A DNA stretch of 64,000 nucleotides. Origin: Caecitellus pseudoparvulus. Taxonomy: Eukaryota > Protista > Bigyra: Bicosoecida. A program made the translations under genes and the position numbers. Under the pieces are notes generated by a model. The model was not told where the DNA came from and searched no databases. It worked only from the letters and a program-made list of their open reading frames with translations. Where the stretch lies: assembly GCA_965644315.1 (NCBI GenBank), contig CBFFRQ010000068.1:310001-374000 (forward strand), given 5' to 3'. This document shows positions 34,196 through 45,200 of this stretch, piece by piece (position 1 is the stretch's first letter; every line of letters begins with the position of its first letter).

Positions 34196-35393
34196 TCACG
34201 CCCCCGGCGCCTCGTGCTGCCCAGCCAGCTTCGGCTGCAGCGCCGCATACAGCCCTGCATCCCGCACTGCCAGCAGACCCCCCTCCAGGACTGCCTCGGA
34301 GTCAGCGGAGTATGCGATGGGCCCACCCGCCCAGTCCGACATGCCGCCGGCCCACCCGCCGCCGTCCTGTGCCGCCGCTGCGCGCAGCAGCGCATCCCCC
34401 GCGCACACATCCCACTTCTTGATGCGTGTGGCGTGCACGTATGCGTCGGCTGCCCCAGCCAGCACCTGCGCCACCTTGTACCCGGCCCCCCCCGCGGGGG
34501 TGATGCCGGCCACCTCCAGCCCCGCCTCTGTCAGCTGACTGGCCACCTTGCCCGCATGGGAGCGAGAGACGATGGCACGGAGGCCAGCGGCCTGCCAGGA
34601 GGGGGGGGAGGGGGGGGGTGCCACAGGCTCCGACACCCCCCCTGCCAAGCTGCTGTTGTGGGGGGGGGTGCCGCTGCCCACCCAGCCCCACACCGTGCGC
34701 TGCGTGAAGGGGAAGTGCACGACGCCAGCCACGGGCACGCCCCCCACGGCCACGCAGGCCATCACCGTCACGTACTGGTGCAGGCCCTCCGTGTACTCCT
34801 TCGTCGCGTCCAGGGGGTCAATCCACACCACGACGTCCTCCGCCGCCACGCGGCTGTCACCTTGCGACGCCAGCACAGGGCCCACCGCTGCGTCGATGGC
34901 CTGTGTCACGGAAGCCGGCACGGACCCCTCGGGCGCCGCGTCCTGGCTCCCCTCCGAGTCCTTCTCCTCCGACACCAGCGTTACGGAGGGAAACGCTGCT
35001 CGGAAGCCTCGGCTGAGCAGCTGGTGGGACAGCAGGTCTGCCGCCGTGACAGGGTCCACCATGGAGCCCATGATGATGCCCTTGCTCTTCTCCTTCAAAT
35101 TCCCGCTCTTGGCAATGGCAACTATTCTGCGCGCCGCAAAGCCGACGGGTGCTGCCGCGAAGCTGCCGCCTGCAGCGCCTCTCGCCAACTCACTTGCGCC
35201 CGGCAGCGGCCGTCTCGTGGATCGCACGGTGCAGAAGCGCCTTCATGGACACGCCCACGGGCAGCTCTGCCTGCTGCAGCACTGTCCCATCAGTCCCGCT
35301 CACCACTGCACCCAGCCAGGCCACCAGCAGCACGCCTGCGACACCCAGCAGCAGCCGGCTCAAATACCGCGGCTTGCTGGACGGCGGCTGCAT
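34196..35393 (-). CDS. BPNT2: Type II membrane inositol-monophosphatase-family PAP phosphatase (gPAPP/IMPAD1/BPNT2-like)
   Basis: N-terminal anchor RLLLGVAGVLLVAWLGAVV; intron 35127-35193; motifs DPVTAADL, VSEE, VWIDPLDATKEYTEGL, IVSRSH, AGGAGYK, YVHATRIKKWDVCA. Confidence 0.85.
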
Positions 35394-35687
35394 GGTGCTG
35401 GGCCATGAACGAGCAACGCCCCAACAAGCGGTAAGCTTCTGGAGCTTAGGCTGTGTGGCTGGTGTGCAGGTGTTTTGTGCTGCTGCTCTCCACTGTGCAC
35501 GCCTCCAGGCGCCTGGGAGCCGGCATGGTGCTGCTTCTGTGCCAGCCATGCCCGCGCAAACAACACAGTTCGCCAAAACGTGGTGCATTTTCCTGCACAC
35601 CCCAGGCCAGAAGTCGCCCGTCCTTCCAGCTGCAGACCCGCATCGGTGCTCTCAGCCCGTGCACGGCGTGCCTACACTCCACTGCGC

Positions 35688-37539
35688 ATGGCGGCCAAGT
35701 TCCGCAGCACGCTGGTCCTGGACCACAACCGCACCAAGCGCAGCGTCACGGTGCTCCCCCGCGACGAGGCAGCTGTGCGGGCCGCTGCATGCCAGAAGCT
35801 GCGCATTTCCGCGAAGAAACTGCGAGGCCTGTGGCTGGAAGACGCCAAGGGCTCCGCCGCCTGGCCCGCCTCGGCCATTTCCTTGCCTGAGGTGGCACAC
35901 GACGGCATCACCGTCGTGGCCAGCACCACCCGGGCAGCGCCCGAGGCGGCCCTGCTGCAGCAAGGCCAAGACAAGGACCCCCCCGCCGTCGTGCGGGTGC
36001 TGGCCCACGCCTCCTGGCTGGAGGATGGCGCGGTGCAGCAACTGGTGGCGACGGCGGGGCTGCCAGGCTGCCGCCTCGCAGTGGGCATGCCAGACCTGCA
36101 CCCCGGCAGGGGCTACCCCAACGGCGCCGCAGTGGCCACGCACGACCTGTGGCCACATCTCATCGGCACAGACATTGGCTGTGGCATGAGCCTCGTGCAG
36201 ACGGACCTGCCGTCGGGGGGCGCCACGCCCAAGTCCCTGGAGCGGTGGGCGGGCGCAATTTCCGCAGCGCTCTCCTCCGACGAAGCCCCGGACGCCGTGC
36301 AGGCCGTGACGCCAGCACAGAAAGCGGTGCCCGCCAGCCACCCCAGTACGCCAGCTGGCCAAGGGGGTGCGCAGGAGGTGGCTGCAGAGCCCCCTCCCCC
36401 CTGCACTCCCCTGGCCTGGCCCAGTGCTGGCCCGCACGCAGCAGTGGTGCCGCCCCTCGCCCCGCCGGGGTCCACGCCTGAGGAGGTGGCGGCACACCTC
36501 CTGCACCATGGCCACACCCCACAGGCCTGCACACACGCTCTGCCCCCTCTGCCCCCCTCCCTCCCCCCTCCCCCCGACGCGCCCCCCCCCGGATGCCGCC
36601 GCCTTCTCCTCCTTCCTCGGCACTGTCGGGCGCGGCAACCACTTCGCAGAGCTGCAGGTGGTGCAGGAGGTGCTGGACCAGGCCGCCTGGGACGCCCTGG
36701 CCCTGGATGCTGCCGCCCTGCAGCTGGTCGTGCACAGTGGTTCACGGGGGTACGGCGCCGCCGTCCTGGACTGGTACGTGACGCAGTGTGGGTCGGGCAG
36801 CACGCCAGCCGACTCGCCCGTGGGGGCGGCGTACCTGGCCCTGCACAACCACGCCTGTGTGTGGGCCAAGCACAACCGCGCCGCCATCGCCGCCCGCTTG
36901 CTGGCGGCCCTGCCTGGGTCGCACGGACACGGCACCTGTGTCCTGGACGCCTGGCACAACTTCGTGACGGCGGCGCCGTTTGGAGACAGCGCACTGGAGC
37001 CGCTATCCGTGCAGCCAGGCGCTGCGGAGGCTGGGGCGGGTGGGGACGGGGGTGCCACCGTTCGCCAGCATGCGGGGGGTGTGCCGGTGCAGTGGGTGGA
37101 GGGGCCCCTGCCCCCCGGCCAGGCGACGGGGGGTGGGCAGGGGCAAACGCTGTGGCTGCATCGCAAGGGCGCCTCGCCGTCGGATGGTGGGCCCATGCTC
37201 ATCCCTGGCAGCCGCGGCACGCCGACGTACCTGGTGCAGCCGACGGCCGATGAGGGCGTGCTGGAGGCGAGCGGGCGCAGCCTGGCGCACGGGGCAGGTC
37301 GCAAGTGGTCGCGGGCCAAGGGGCGTGCCATGCTACGGGACCTCGTGCACCGCGCCAGCGACCTGCGCCAGACAGAGCTGGGGGGGCGGGTCGTCTGTGG
37401 CGACGCTGACCTGCTGCTGGAGGAGGCGCCGCCGAACTACAAAGACGTGTCGGCAGTGGTGGCGGACCTGCAGGAGGCTGGCATCGTCACCGTCATCGCC
37501 ATCCTGCACCCCCTGCTCACGTTCAAGACGGCCGAGTGA
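35688..37539 (+). CDS. rtcB: RtcB2-type (release-factor-H-coupled family) 3'-phosphate/5'-OH RNA ligase with an extra N-terminal domain; one frameshift at the C9 run 36582-36590
   Basis: Motifs: VGMPDLHPGRGYPNGAA, IGTDIGCGM, LGTVGRGNHFAELQ, VHSGSRGYG, WAKHNR, HNFV, WLHRKGASP, IPGSRGTPTYLV, SLAHGAGR, LGGRVVC..LLEEAPPNYKD, LHPLLTFK. Confidence 0.9.
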
Positions 37540-38767
37540 GGGGGGGTGCGGCCGGGTGCACTGGGAGGGGTGCGAAGTGCAGTGCGTCGCGAGCAGCTGC
37601 GTCCTGCAGGCGGTGCAGGTCCGCGGCCATATTCCGCAGGCCCACCAACGTGCAGGTGTCCAGTGCAGGCACCTGCCCCGGCGCCGTGGCGGGGGCGGCG
37701 TCCTGCACGTGTGCAAAGTCAATGAGGCACAGGCGCAAGGAGGCGGGCGTGGGGTCCCCCGCGTCGTACGCGATGAGGAGGGAGGAGGAGAAAAAATGGA
37801 ACTGTCGCTGGGACTCGAACCACGCCAGCACCTCCCCGACGCGCTCTGCCAGCGCAGGCAGCAGGTCCAGGCGCAGGCGGCGCCCATCGAACAAGAACTC
37901 ACACCACCCACGCGCCATGTCGGCGTGGTGCAGGGCGCGCCCAAACCCCCGCCGGTGCACGACAACGCCACTGCCGGCTGCCGACACTTGCAAGTCACTT
38001 CCCTCGCCACTGGCCGGCGCGCCAGGCACCTGCAGAGCAGCGCTGCTCGAACCCGTCAGCTCCATGCCTGGCCTATGCACACGCATGCCGGTGAAGCGGT
38101 ACCCTGCCACGAGCTGGTGAGGGTACCGCTTCACTGCCTTGCTGCGTTTCCGCGCTGAGCTGCCGGGGCTCCAGGAGATGCAGCCCAGCTTCAAATCCAA
38201 CACGCAAGGCTCCCGCATCCCAGCCGTGATGTCGTCTAACTGCAGCCACGCTGTGCCTGCCGCAAGCGCGCCGCTGCAGGCTGCGGCAGGCACCGAGTCA
38301 CTCCCCGCGCCTGCGCGCACAACGCCGTGAAACGCAGGCATGAAGGAGCGGGGGGGCTGCCCAGCGGCAGTCGAAGCGGCAACTGCGGCGTAAAAGTCTG
38401 CCTCGCGGCGCCCCCGATGCCCACTTTGCAGCGGCTTCAGCACCACCTGCCCGTTGCTCAGCATGCCGTCGTGCCCGCCCACCACCTGAACACGCTGCCA
38501 CGGCCCGCCGCAGGGGGACGCTGGCAGGCCAGGCCCACCTTCCACAGCAGCAGCCACGGGGCCATTGCTAGCATCACCCTTCTCTGCAACCGAAGGGGGC
38601 CGAGCAACACCCACCACGCGAGCCGTCAGCGCAGGGGGGGGCACAGAGTGCTGCGGATTTTGACCCTCACAGCCTGCCACACTGTGCACTTGCGCAGCCG
38701 ACCCTGCGCCTGCCACAGACACTGCAGCGGCCACACGGCGCAGCATGCATGCCAAACTCCTGTGCAT
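37523..38767 (-). CDS. IPMK: Inositol polyphosphate kinase (IPMK/IP6K family)
   Basis: Motifs: QVVGGH, READFY, PxxxDxKxG (PCVLDLKLG), GYRFTGMRV, SSSLLIAYD, IDFAHV. Start is ATG 38767 or 38746. Confidence 0.88.
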   Translation of the reverse strand: MHRSLACMLRRVAAAVSVAGAGSAAQVHSVAGCEGQNPQHSVPPPALTARVVGVARPPSVAEKGDASNGPVAAAVEGGPGLPASPCGGPWQRVQVVGGHDGMLSNGQVVLKPLQSGHRGRREADFYAAVAASTAAGQPPRSFMPAFHGVVRAGAGSDSVPAAACSGALAAGTAWLQLDDITAGMREPCVLDLKLGCISWSPGSSARKRSKAVKRYPHQLVAGYRFTGMRVHRPGMELTGSSSAALQVPGAPASGEGSDLQVSAAGSGVVVHRRGFGRALHHADMARGWCEFLFDGRRLRLDLLPALAERVGEVLAWFESQRQFHFFSSSLLIAYDAGDPTPASLRLCLIDFAHVQDAAPATAPGQVPALDTCTLVGLRNMAADLHRLQDAAARDALHFAPLPVHPAAPPLTRPS

Positions 38768-39021
38768 GGCCTGTACGCCTGCGGCTTTCCCGAAGCCCGT
38801 CTCCTGACCTGTGGCCCAAGCCTTGTGGCTTGCAAGCCACGTCAGCCCACCAATGCTGCCCAGCGAACACCAGCGCACCGAACCCCTCGCAGGTCAAGGA
38901 CCCCTGCAAGGACACTCAAAAAACTACGGTACCCCACAGAGCAGGCCAGTCACCAACACACTGCCCGCCCTGCGTTGTGTTTGTTGTGCGCTGGGCCTGG
39001 GCCTGTGCCGGCGTGCATTGC

Positions 39022-40702
39022 TCACGCCCCCAGCCACGCCTGGTACTCAAGAAACAGCGCCTTGCGCTCCTGCACCAGCGGCAGTGGGTCGTTGGCTGCG
39101 GGGGTGTACAGGTCCTGGCAGTGGGCACACGTGCCGTTGACGCAGTCCACCAGGTACGCAGGGCGGGTGGGTCCCAGCGTGGACCGCACGCCCGCCCACT
39201 GCCACGGGTCGGCGCCGCCGTTGAAGAAGAAGACATTGTCCACCGCCACATCCGTGCCCCCGTAGTAGTTGTTGGTCTCCTGCACCGCCGGCAGCTCGTG
39301 CAGTCCGAACACCTTGGCGCACAGCTCCTCGTGGTAGCTCGTGTTCACCCAAGCGGATCGGATGGCACCCTGCGCCGGTGCCACCTGCCAGTACGCCAGC
39401 TCAGTGCACTTCTGCCACCACCAGGAGCGCCCGTTGCCGCCGGTGCTGGGGTTTGCCAGGGTTTCCCAGTTGTAGTCAGCGGGGGAGTTCCCCAGCACCC
39501 GCACGAAGTAGCCATTGACGTAGGACACCCAGGCTGGGTAGGGGTCCCCCCCCGCTGTCCACACGGCATTCAGCGCGTCACACAGCACATCCCGGTGGGC
39601 GTACTGCATGGCCTCTGCCGCGGCATCTGCCATGAAGTAGAAGAAATCCCCCGCCACGCTCAGCTCCTGGGCATGGAAGTCAGCGGCCACAGCGGGCCAC
39701 CGAGCCTCCAGCTGGGCCGTGATGTTGCGCAGAGCAGCGGCACAGGTGGGCCCAGCGGTGGTGCCCACCTGCTTGTCAAAGTCGGTGAACTCCAGAATGG
39801 CCTCCACCTGCGTGCAGGTGGGGGGGAGGGGAGGTGTGGCTGGTCTGGGGCATGCTCAGCGGGCGGGGCACAGCACTACGCACCACGCCACTGCTGCTGT
39901 GGCTGCCCACAGTGAGGGCTGGGAACTTGAGGCGGTACCACGCAGCGAGGGCGCCGGGGTAGGAGCCGCCGACGGCCACCCACTTGTTGCGTGTGCCTGC
40001 CGGCAGGCCGTGCGCGGCGTTGATGTGGGTGTCCTGGAACCACTGGGAGAACCAGGCCAGATCGCTGATGGCCTGGCGGCTGTTGTGGAAGGCCAAGTGC
40101 TCAGTGGTCAGGCCTGGCAGCGGCATGGACTCGCCGAAGAACCTGCGGTGGGCCAGGGAGCAGCGTGCAGCGTGGGGGGGGTGGAGGGGAGGATGTGGTG
40201 CCGCCCTGCTCACCTGTGCTCCACAGACACCACCAGCGCCTTGTACTTCTGCGCCATGACCAAGGGCGTCAGCCGAGCAGGCATGATGCCTGGGCACGTG
40301 TACTGTGCAGGTTGCGCCGCAGGGACGGGTGAAGGGGGGCGAGCGGCAGCGCCAGCGCTGCTGCCTCACCTCGCCACAGATGTGCAGGATGACGGGCCCG
40401 TGAGGAGGGGACCAGAAGTCGTCAATGACAAAGTACCGCTGGCTCCAAGTGCGGCGGTCAGTCATGTTGAAGTGGTCCAGGATGGCGCCGTCGAACCAGT
40501 GCACAGTCTGGTTGTATTGGATGTCTTGCACCCTGGCGCGGGGCGCAGGAGGGGCGACGCTCCTGCGGAGGTCAGAGGGGTGTTTTCCAGTGCAAGCGCA
40601 ACACGTCTACGTGGAAAATCGCTTCACCTACATTTTCCAGGGCGCTGCCTGCGCAGTGCAGGCCGCTGCCGCCAGGGCGGCGATGCCCAGAATGGTCCGC
40701 AT
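39022..40702 (-). CDS. Secreted/lysosomal serine peptidase family S28, multi-exon
   Basis: Signal peptide MRTILGIAALAAAACTAQA; motifs LDHF..TWSQRY, ICGE, EHRFFGES, QAISDLA, GGSYPGALAAWYRLKFP, WWWQKCTELAYWQ, FNGGADPW, HCQD. Confidence 0.92.
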
Positions 40703-41110
40703 GACGCACGAAACGCGGGCGAAACGACGACTATCAAGGTGCTCCCAGCAGCTCTGCGAGTCGGCAAAGCTGAAAAGGGGGCAGGCGTGAGAAGTATTGG
40801 GTCTTGATTTTGTTTTTGCGTGAGTTGAGGGTGATGGCTTTCATTCCCCCCCCTCTTGCTTCGGGCTGGTAATCCCTGGACCAGCGTAAAACCTACCTGC
40901 GCAACAACACCTTCGCGACTTCACCTTCAATGCGATAGGAGCTTTTTCTGGTGATATTTTCATTTCTTGTTGTGGAGCTTCCTCTCTTTGTTACGAAAAG
41001 CTCCCGGTTTGCGGCCCACAAGGGAGCGAGGGCAGCCTGGCGTTACGCCCGAAACGCCTGCTTTCGTCTGCACGATCGTCGACCCCCGCGGGACTGCTGC
41101 GGCATGCAAC

Positions 41111-42247
41111 ATGGAACCCAACATTGCTTCAAAGTGCAGTGTGTTTGGTGTGGGTGAAGAAGTGGAGGCCGCTGTGCAAGCCAGCGTGGAGCCTGTCGAG
41201 GCTGCCCGGGCTGCTGAACTGGTGGCTCGACGGTACCAGATCCAAGCATCCCAAGAAGCGCAGGGCTACGACATCCTCCGGCACCTGGGGAAGGGACACG
41301 AGTCCCCTTGTGCATCTCGGTCAGCAGGTGAGCCGTCGGGTGCTGCCTCCCGAGCACCCTCGCGCTGGGGGGGGCCGGCGCACGCCATTCCGCAAGCAGT
41401 ACGCCCCCAGCCTGGGGAGGGACACAGCGGCCCTGCTGCGTTGCTGGATGTGACTCCAAGCCTGAACTACCTGCGTGGACACAGTGGTGGCCCCATCATG
41501 CGCCCGCCCACGGCGCTAAGACACGCCCACGTGGCCGAAACGCAGGAGCCGCCTGACCCCCTCCCCAGCACCACAGCAAGCCACCCTCGCCCGTGCAAAG
41601 GGGGCACTATTCCGAAGGCCGCAAGAGGGCCACAAGGGGGCGCCAAGGAGGGCCCCACCCCAGGCCCTGGCCCCGTGATCGCCGCCCCTTGCACGCGCCT
41701 CGCAGCCTCCATGGGCCAGGCTGAGCGGTGGCGCAACTCCAAGCACTGCGCCGACACGGCATCCGAGGCGGACGTCGCTGAACCGTGGAAAGTAAAGGAT
41801 GCCGTGCTGAAGCAGACGTGTAGTGTTGGCTTCGGCACGGCGCCTCGCTTTCCCGCTGAGGCGGCACCGGCGCAAGGTGCCGTGCAGGAAACGCCCCCTC
41901 CGCGTCGCGCAGCAGCATCACAAGGCGCGGGCCCCCGCCGCCACTCACGGCGACAGTCTCAACGCCGCCGTCAGCAAGATCTCCGAAGGAAGGCCCATGC
42001 GCGAGAGGCTGCTTCCCAGGCAGACACCCCGGGCCCTGGCGCATACACGTTGCCTGCGGCTGCGTTTCCAGAACGTTGCAAGTCCGCTGCAGGTGCCGTG
42101 CGTCAAGGGGTGTCGCACTCCGCCGCCCCAGCGCATGCCGAGCACTCCAAAGTTGTACTTCCACCACACGCATCCCCCCTTGAGCGCTTTGAGGCGGTGC
42201 TGGCTTCGCAAGGCTTGGCGTGGCACGGGCTGCCCAACACACCGTGA
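41111..42247 (+). CDS. SHIPPO/PG-rich-repeat (STPG/ODF3-like) candidate axonemal protein, N-terminal part
   Basis: GTIPKAAR..PGPGP, VGFGTAPRF and DTPGPGAYTLP match the PGPGxY / FGxxxR repeat pattern. It may be one gene with the next ORF. Confidence 0.5.
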   Translation: MEPNIASKCSVFGVGEEVEAAVQASVEPVEAARAAELVARRYQIQASQEAQGYDILRHLGKGHESPCASRSAGEPSGAASRAPSRWGGPAHAIPQAVRPQPGEGHSGPAALLDVTPSLNYLRGHSGGPIMRPPTALRHAHVAETQEPPDPLPSTTASHPRPCKGGTIPKAARGPQGGAKEGPTPGPGPVIAAPCTRLAASMGQAERWRNSKHCADTASEADVAEPWKVKDAVLKQTCSVGFGTAPRFPAEAAPAQGAVQETPPPRRAAASQGAGPRRHSRRQSQRRRQQDLRRKAHAREAASQADTPGPGAYTLPAAAFPERCKSAAGAVRQGVSHSAAPAHAEHSKVVLPPHASPLERFEAVLASQGLAWHGLPNTP

Positions 42248-45200
42248 CCTTGAGCGACTCAGAGCTGCCAGGCCGCGAAAATTCCGGCGCAGTGCACCCC
42301 ATGCAGCGTGTGGAAGGTGCGACACGCCACGCTGTGGCAGCTGCCTCGGCCGCCTCTCGAGCAGATGACGTCATTCGGAGTGCAGGTGCAGAACCGCCCC
42401 CCGCCAGCGCGCACCGCACTCGATTGGCGGCCCCTAAGCCGCACGCCAACGCCATGCGACACGACGACTACGGCGTCGCGGATGGGCGGAAGGTGCCTGG
42501 GGACAGTGCACGCGCACAGGGACTTGTGTTCCGCTCACGCCTCCGCGCTGCCGGCGATGCACGAGGGCCGGTGGCGTCAGGCGGCCAATCAGCGCGTGTC
42601 GCAGCAGAGGCGCGGGGCGGGGGAGCAGAGGCAGTGCCCAAGGGGCGCAGGGCAGACCTGAACTTTGCCAAGGCCGGGCCGCGTTGGGCGGATGGACGGC
42701 CCGTGCCGGCCTGGCGCCCCAGCTGGACGTACAAGAAACCGCCTCAACCGTCACCGGCCGCCTCCCCGCCACGCACGAAGGTAGTGTACGCGACGGGCGA
42801 GCGGCAGTCGGGGGCAGCGTGGGAGGAACAGGACGGGAAGGTGCAAGACGACCCTTCGCCAGATGAGGGTGGTGGGCTGGACACGTCGCGTGGCGGCTTG
42901 CGCCGTGCACTGCAGCATGCCGTGCGAGCGTTCGTGACAGGGCTAGGGTTGGGGGGGGACCCCGAGCACCGCCCGCCACCCTGGCTGAACAGTGTTCTGG
43001 ACGAAGCTGATCTGGAGCCCGCACATGTGCACATGCCAGCTGAGCCGCTGGAGCACGCGTGCGAGGTGTGCCGTGTCGGCACGAATCCCTGCGCGCACAG
43101 CTCCACCACGGAGCGGTTGCTGGACCCTCACGGCACCGAGGCCCGACTGGCGCTTAGCCAGGAGGTGGTGCTCTTGACACCTGTTGAGTACTGGGCTGGG
43201 GTGCAGGGGGATTGGGAGGCAGTGCCGGCGGCACAGGCCACTGCGTGGGGTGACCTGCGTGTTGTCGCAGCTGCAAGCGCGCCGCAGTGGGTGCACTTGC
43301 TGCAGGCCATGACCGCCGACATTCGCGCATGTGTGCGTCGCCACGCCGATGCCACGGAAGGTGTGGGCGCCTGTGATACTGCCAAGGTCGTGCCTGCATA
43401 CCCGTACATCGCGCCGAAGGAGCCACGCACGGATGTCGAATCAGCGGCGCCCGACGACTCACGGCACCCGACACAAGCACGCGACAGCCCACCCCGACCC
43501 CGCGTGCACCTGGGCTCCACTCCCTCTGATGCATTTGCACAGGCCATGGCCACTGCCAGCCGTATCGGGGACATTGGTCGCACACAGGCTGCAACAAAGG
43601 CGGCGCGAGTCAAGAAAGGCCGTGTGCGTGCAAGACAGCGCGCGACCAAGGCGAGCGTCGCGATGCGTGCAGACACACCCGACGGGGGGAGCGCATCAAC
43701 TTCATTGCAAACCCCCTACAATTTGGGCAAGCACGCTGTGGGCCGCCCCGCCGCTGCCTTTGGCTCCTCTGCGCCGCGCCTGCAGGGGCGTGTGCCGGGT
43801 GGAGTGACGGCCCAAACGGGGCCTTGGGAAGAGGTGGTGGTGGTGCGGCGTCGCTCGCGGCCCTTCCCCAAGCCCCAAAGAGCTGAACCTGTGCTGGGGT
43901 CTGAGGATGAGGACAGTGACGCTTCGGGGGGGTGCAAATCCGACGAGGAGGAGGGAGGGGTGGGACACCCCCCCCACTCCCCTTCCAGCAGCCCCCCCAG
44001 GTCCACGACCGGGAATGGGGAAGTGGAACCCGCCCACGCTGGTCCCCTCCCCTCCCATGCTGGTCCCTGGTCGGAACGGCGAGTGGGGGGGTACACCGTG
44101 CAGGAGCGCCTGCTGGCTCAGCACGATCACCCGGACGGCGGGGTGGTGCAAGTACTGCTGAGCCGGCGGCCTGCGCGGAGGGGCGGTGGGCCCATGTCTG
44201 CGGGGGGAGCCTCCCCCACCCGACCGCGACAGGGCAAGGGGGTGGTGCGGTGGGGCGTGTCTCGGGGGGGTCAGACCCCCCCCTCCCCGCCCTCCACGGC
44301 CTGGGCAGACGTCGTGGATGTCGCCACCACCGGAGTGCGCCAGCCCCCCTCTGCCACCCCCTCCACGGCCACTGCCCAGCGCCTGGTGTGGGTGGACGAG
44401 GCGTCCTTCCTGGACGCCGCCGAGGCTGTGGGGGCGGCACTCCTGCGGGGCCGGCGACCCCCCTCCACGCCAGCGTGGGAGGCCATACAGACGGCACAGG
44501 CGTGGCAGGAGGCCCAGCGACGGCAAGCCCCCCTGCACCCCGCTGCGGCGGTGCATGGCAAGGACACCCCTGCCTTGCAGCGCGGCGGGCGGGGGGGCGT
44601 GGTCATGGCGCCGCCCTCCAAGGAGGCCGCTGCTGCAGCGGCCCGTCGCCAAGCGGCACAGGCGGCGGCAGAGGGGCAGCGCCAGGCCAACCCCGCCACG
44701 CTACACGCTGGGGCGGGGGGCCTGCCGCACCGCGGCATCTCAGGTGACGTGTCCCCCGCCACGAAGCATGCCTTTGGGCGGACGCTGCCGCCAGGGGCGC
44801 CCGGACCCGGCCCCCTGCCCCCCCCCACCGCTGCAGAGGAGAGTGGGGACGCCTCCCCCCCTCACGGCCCCGACATGGTGCTGCTGGACATGGCTGTGCA
44901 TGAGCAGTTCGGGGGGGGCAGGCGTGCCCCGGCGTGGAGGTTCGGAGGCCCACTGGGGCCCACGCCGCCCCCTCGCTTGGTGGATGCGGACCAGGGGGGG
45001 GAGGCGGTGCTGCCTCTCGGGGCCCTGCAGGAGGCACTAGCTCTGGCCCAAGCCCTGGTGCAGGCGCCGGGCCCCGCGGCGCCCCTGCCGTCCCCAGCGC
45101 TCGACCGACCGGACCGGATGCGGCCCCGAGCTGCGGAATTTGGATCCGGACCCGGCCGAGGGCTCGTGGACGACGGCGTGTCTCAGACCCTCGCAGACGC

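Noticed and set aside
36582-36590. Programmed ribosomal frameshift in the RtcB2 gene
   Set aside because: The break lies in a C9 run, and similar breaks occur in poly-C runs of unrelated genes (30736-30744, ~63225-63255). A homopolymer assembly error is simpler; check raw reads or RNA-seq.
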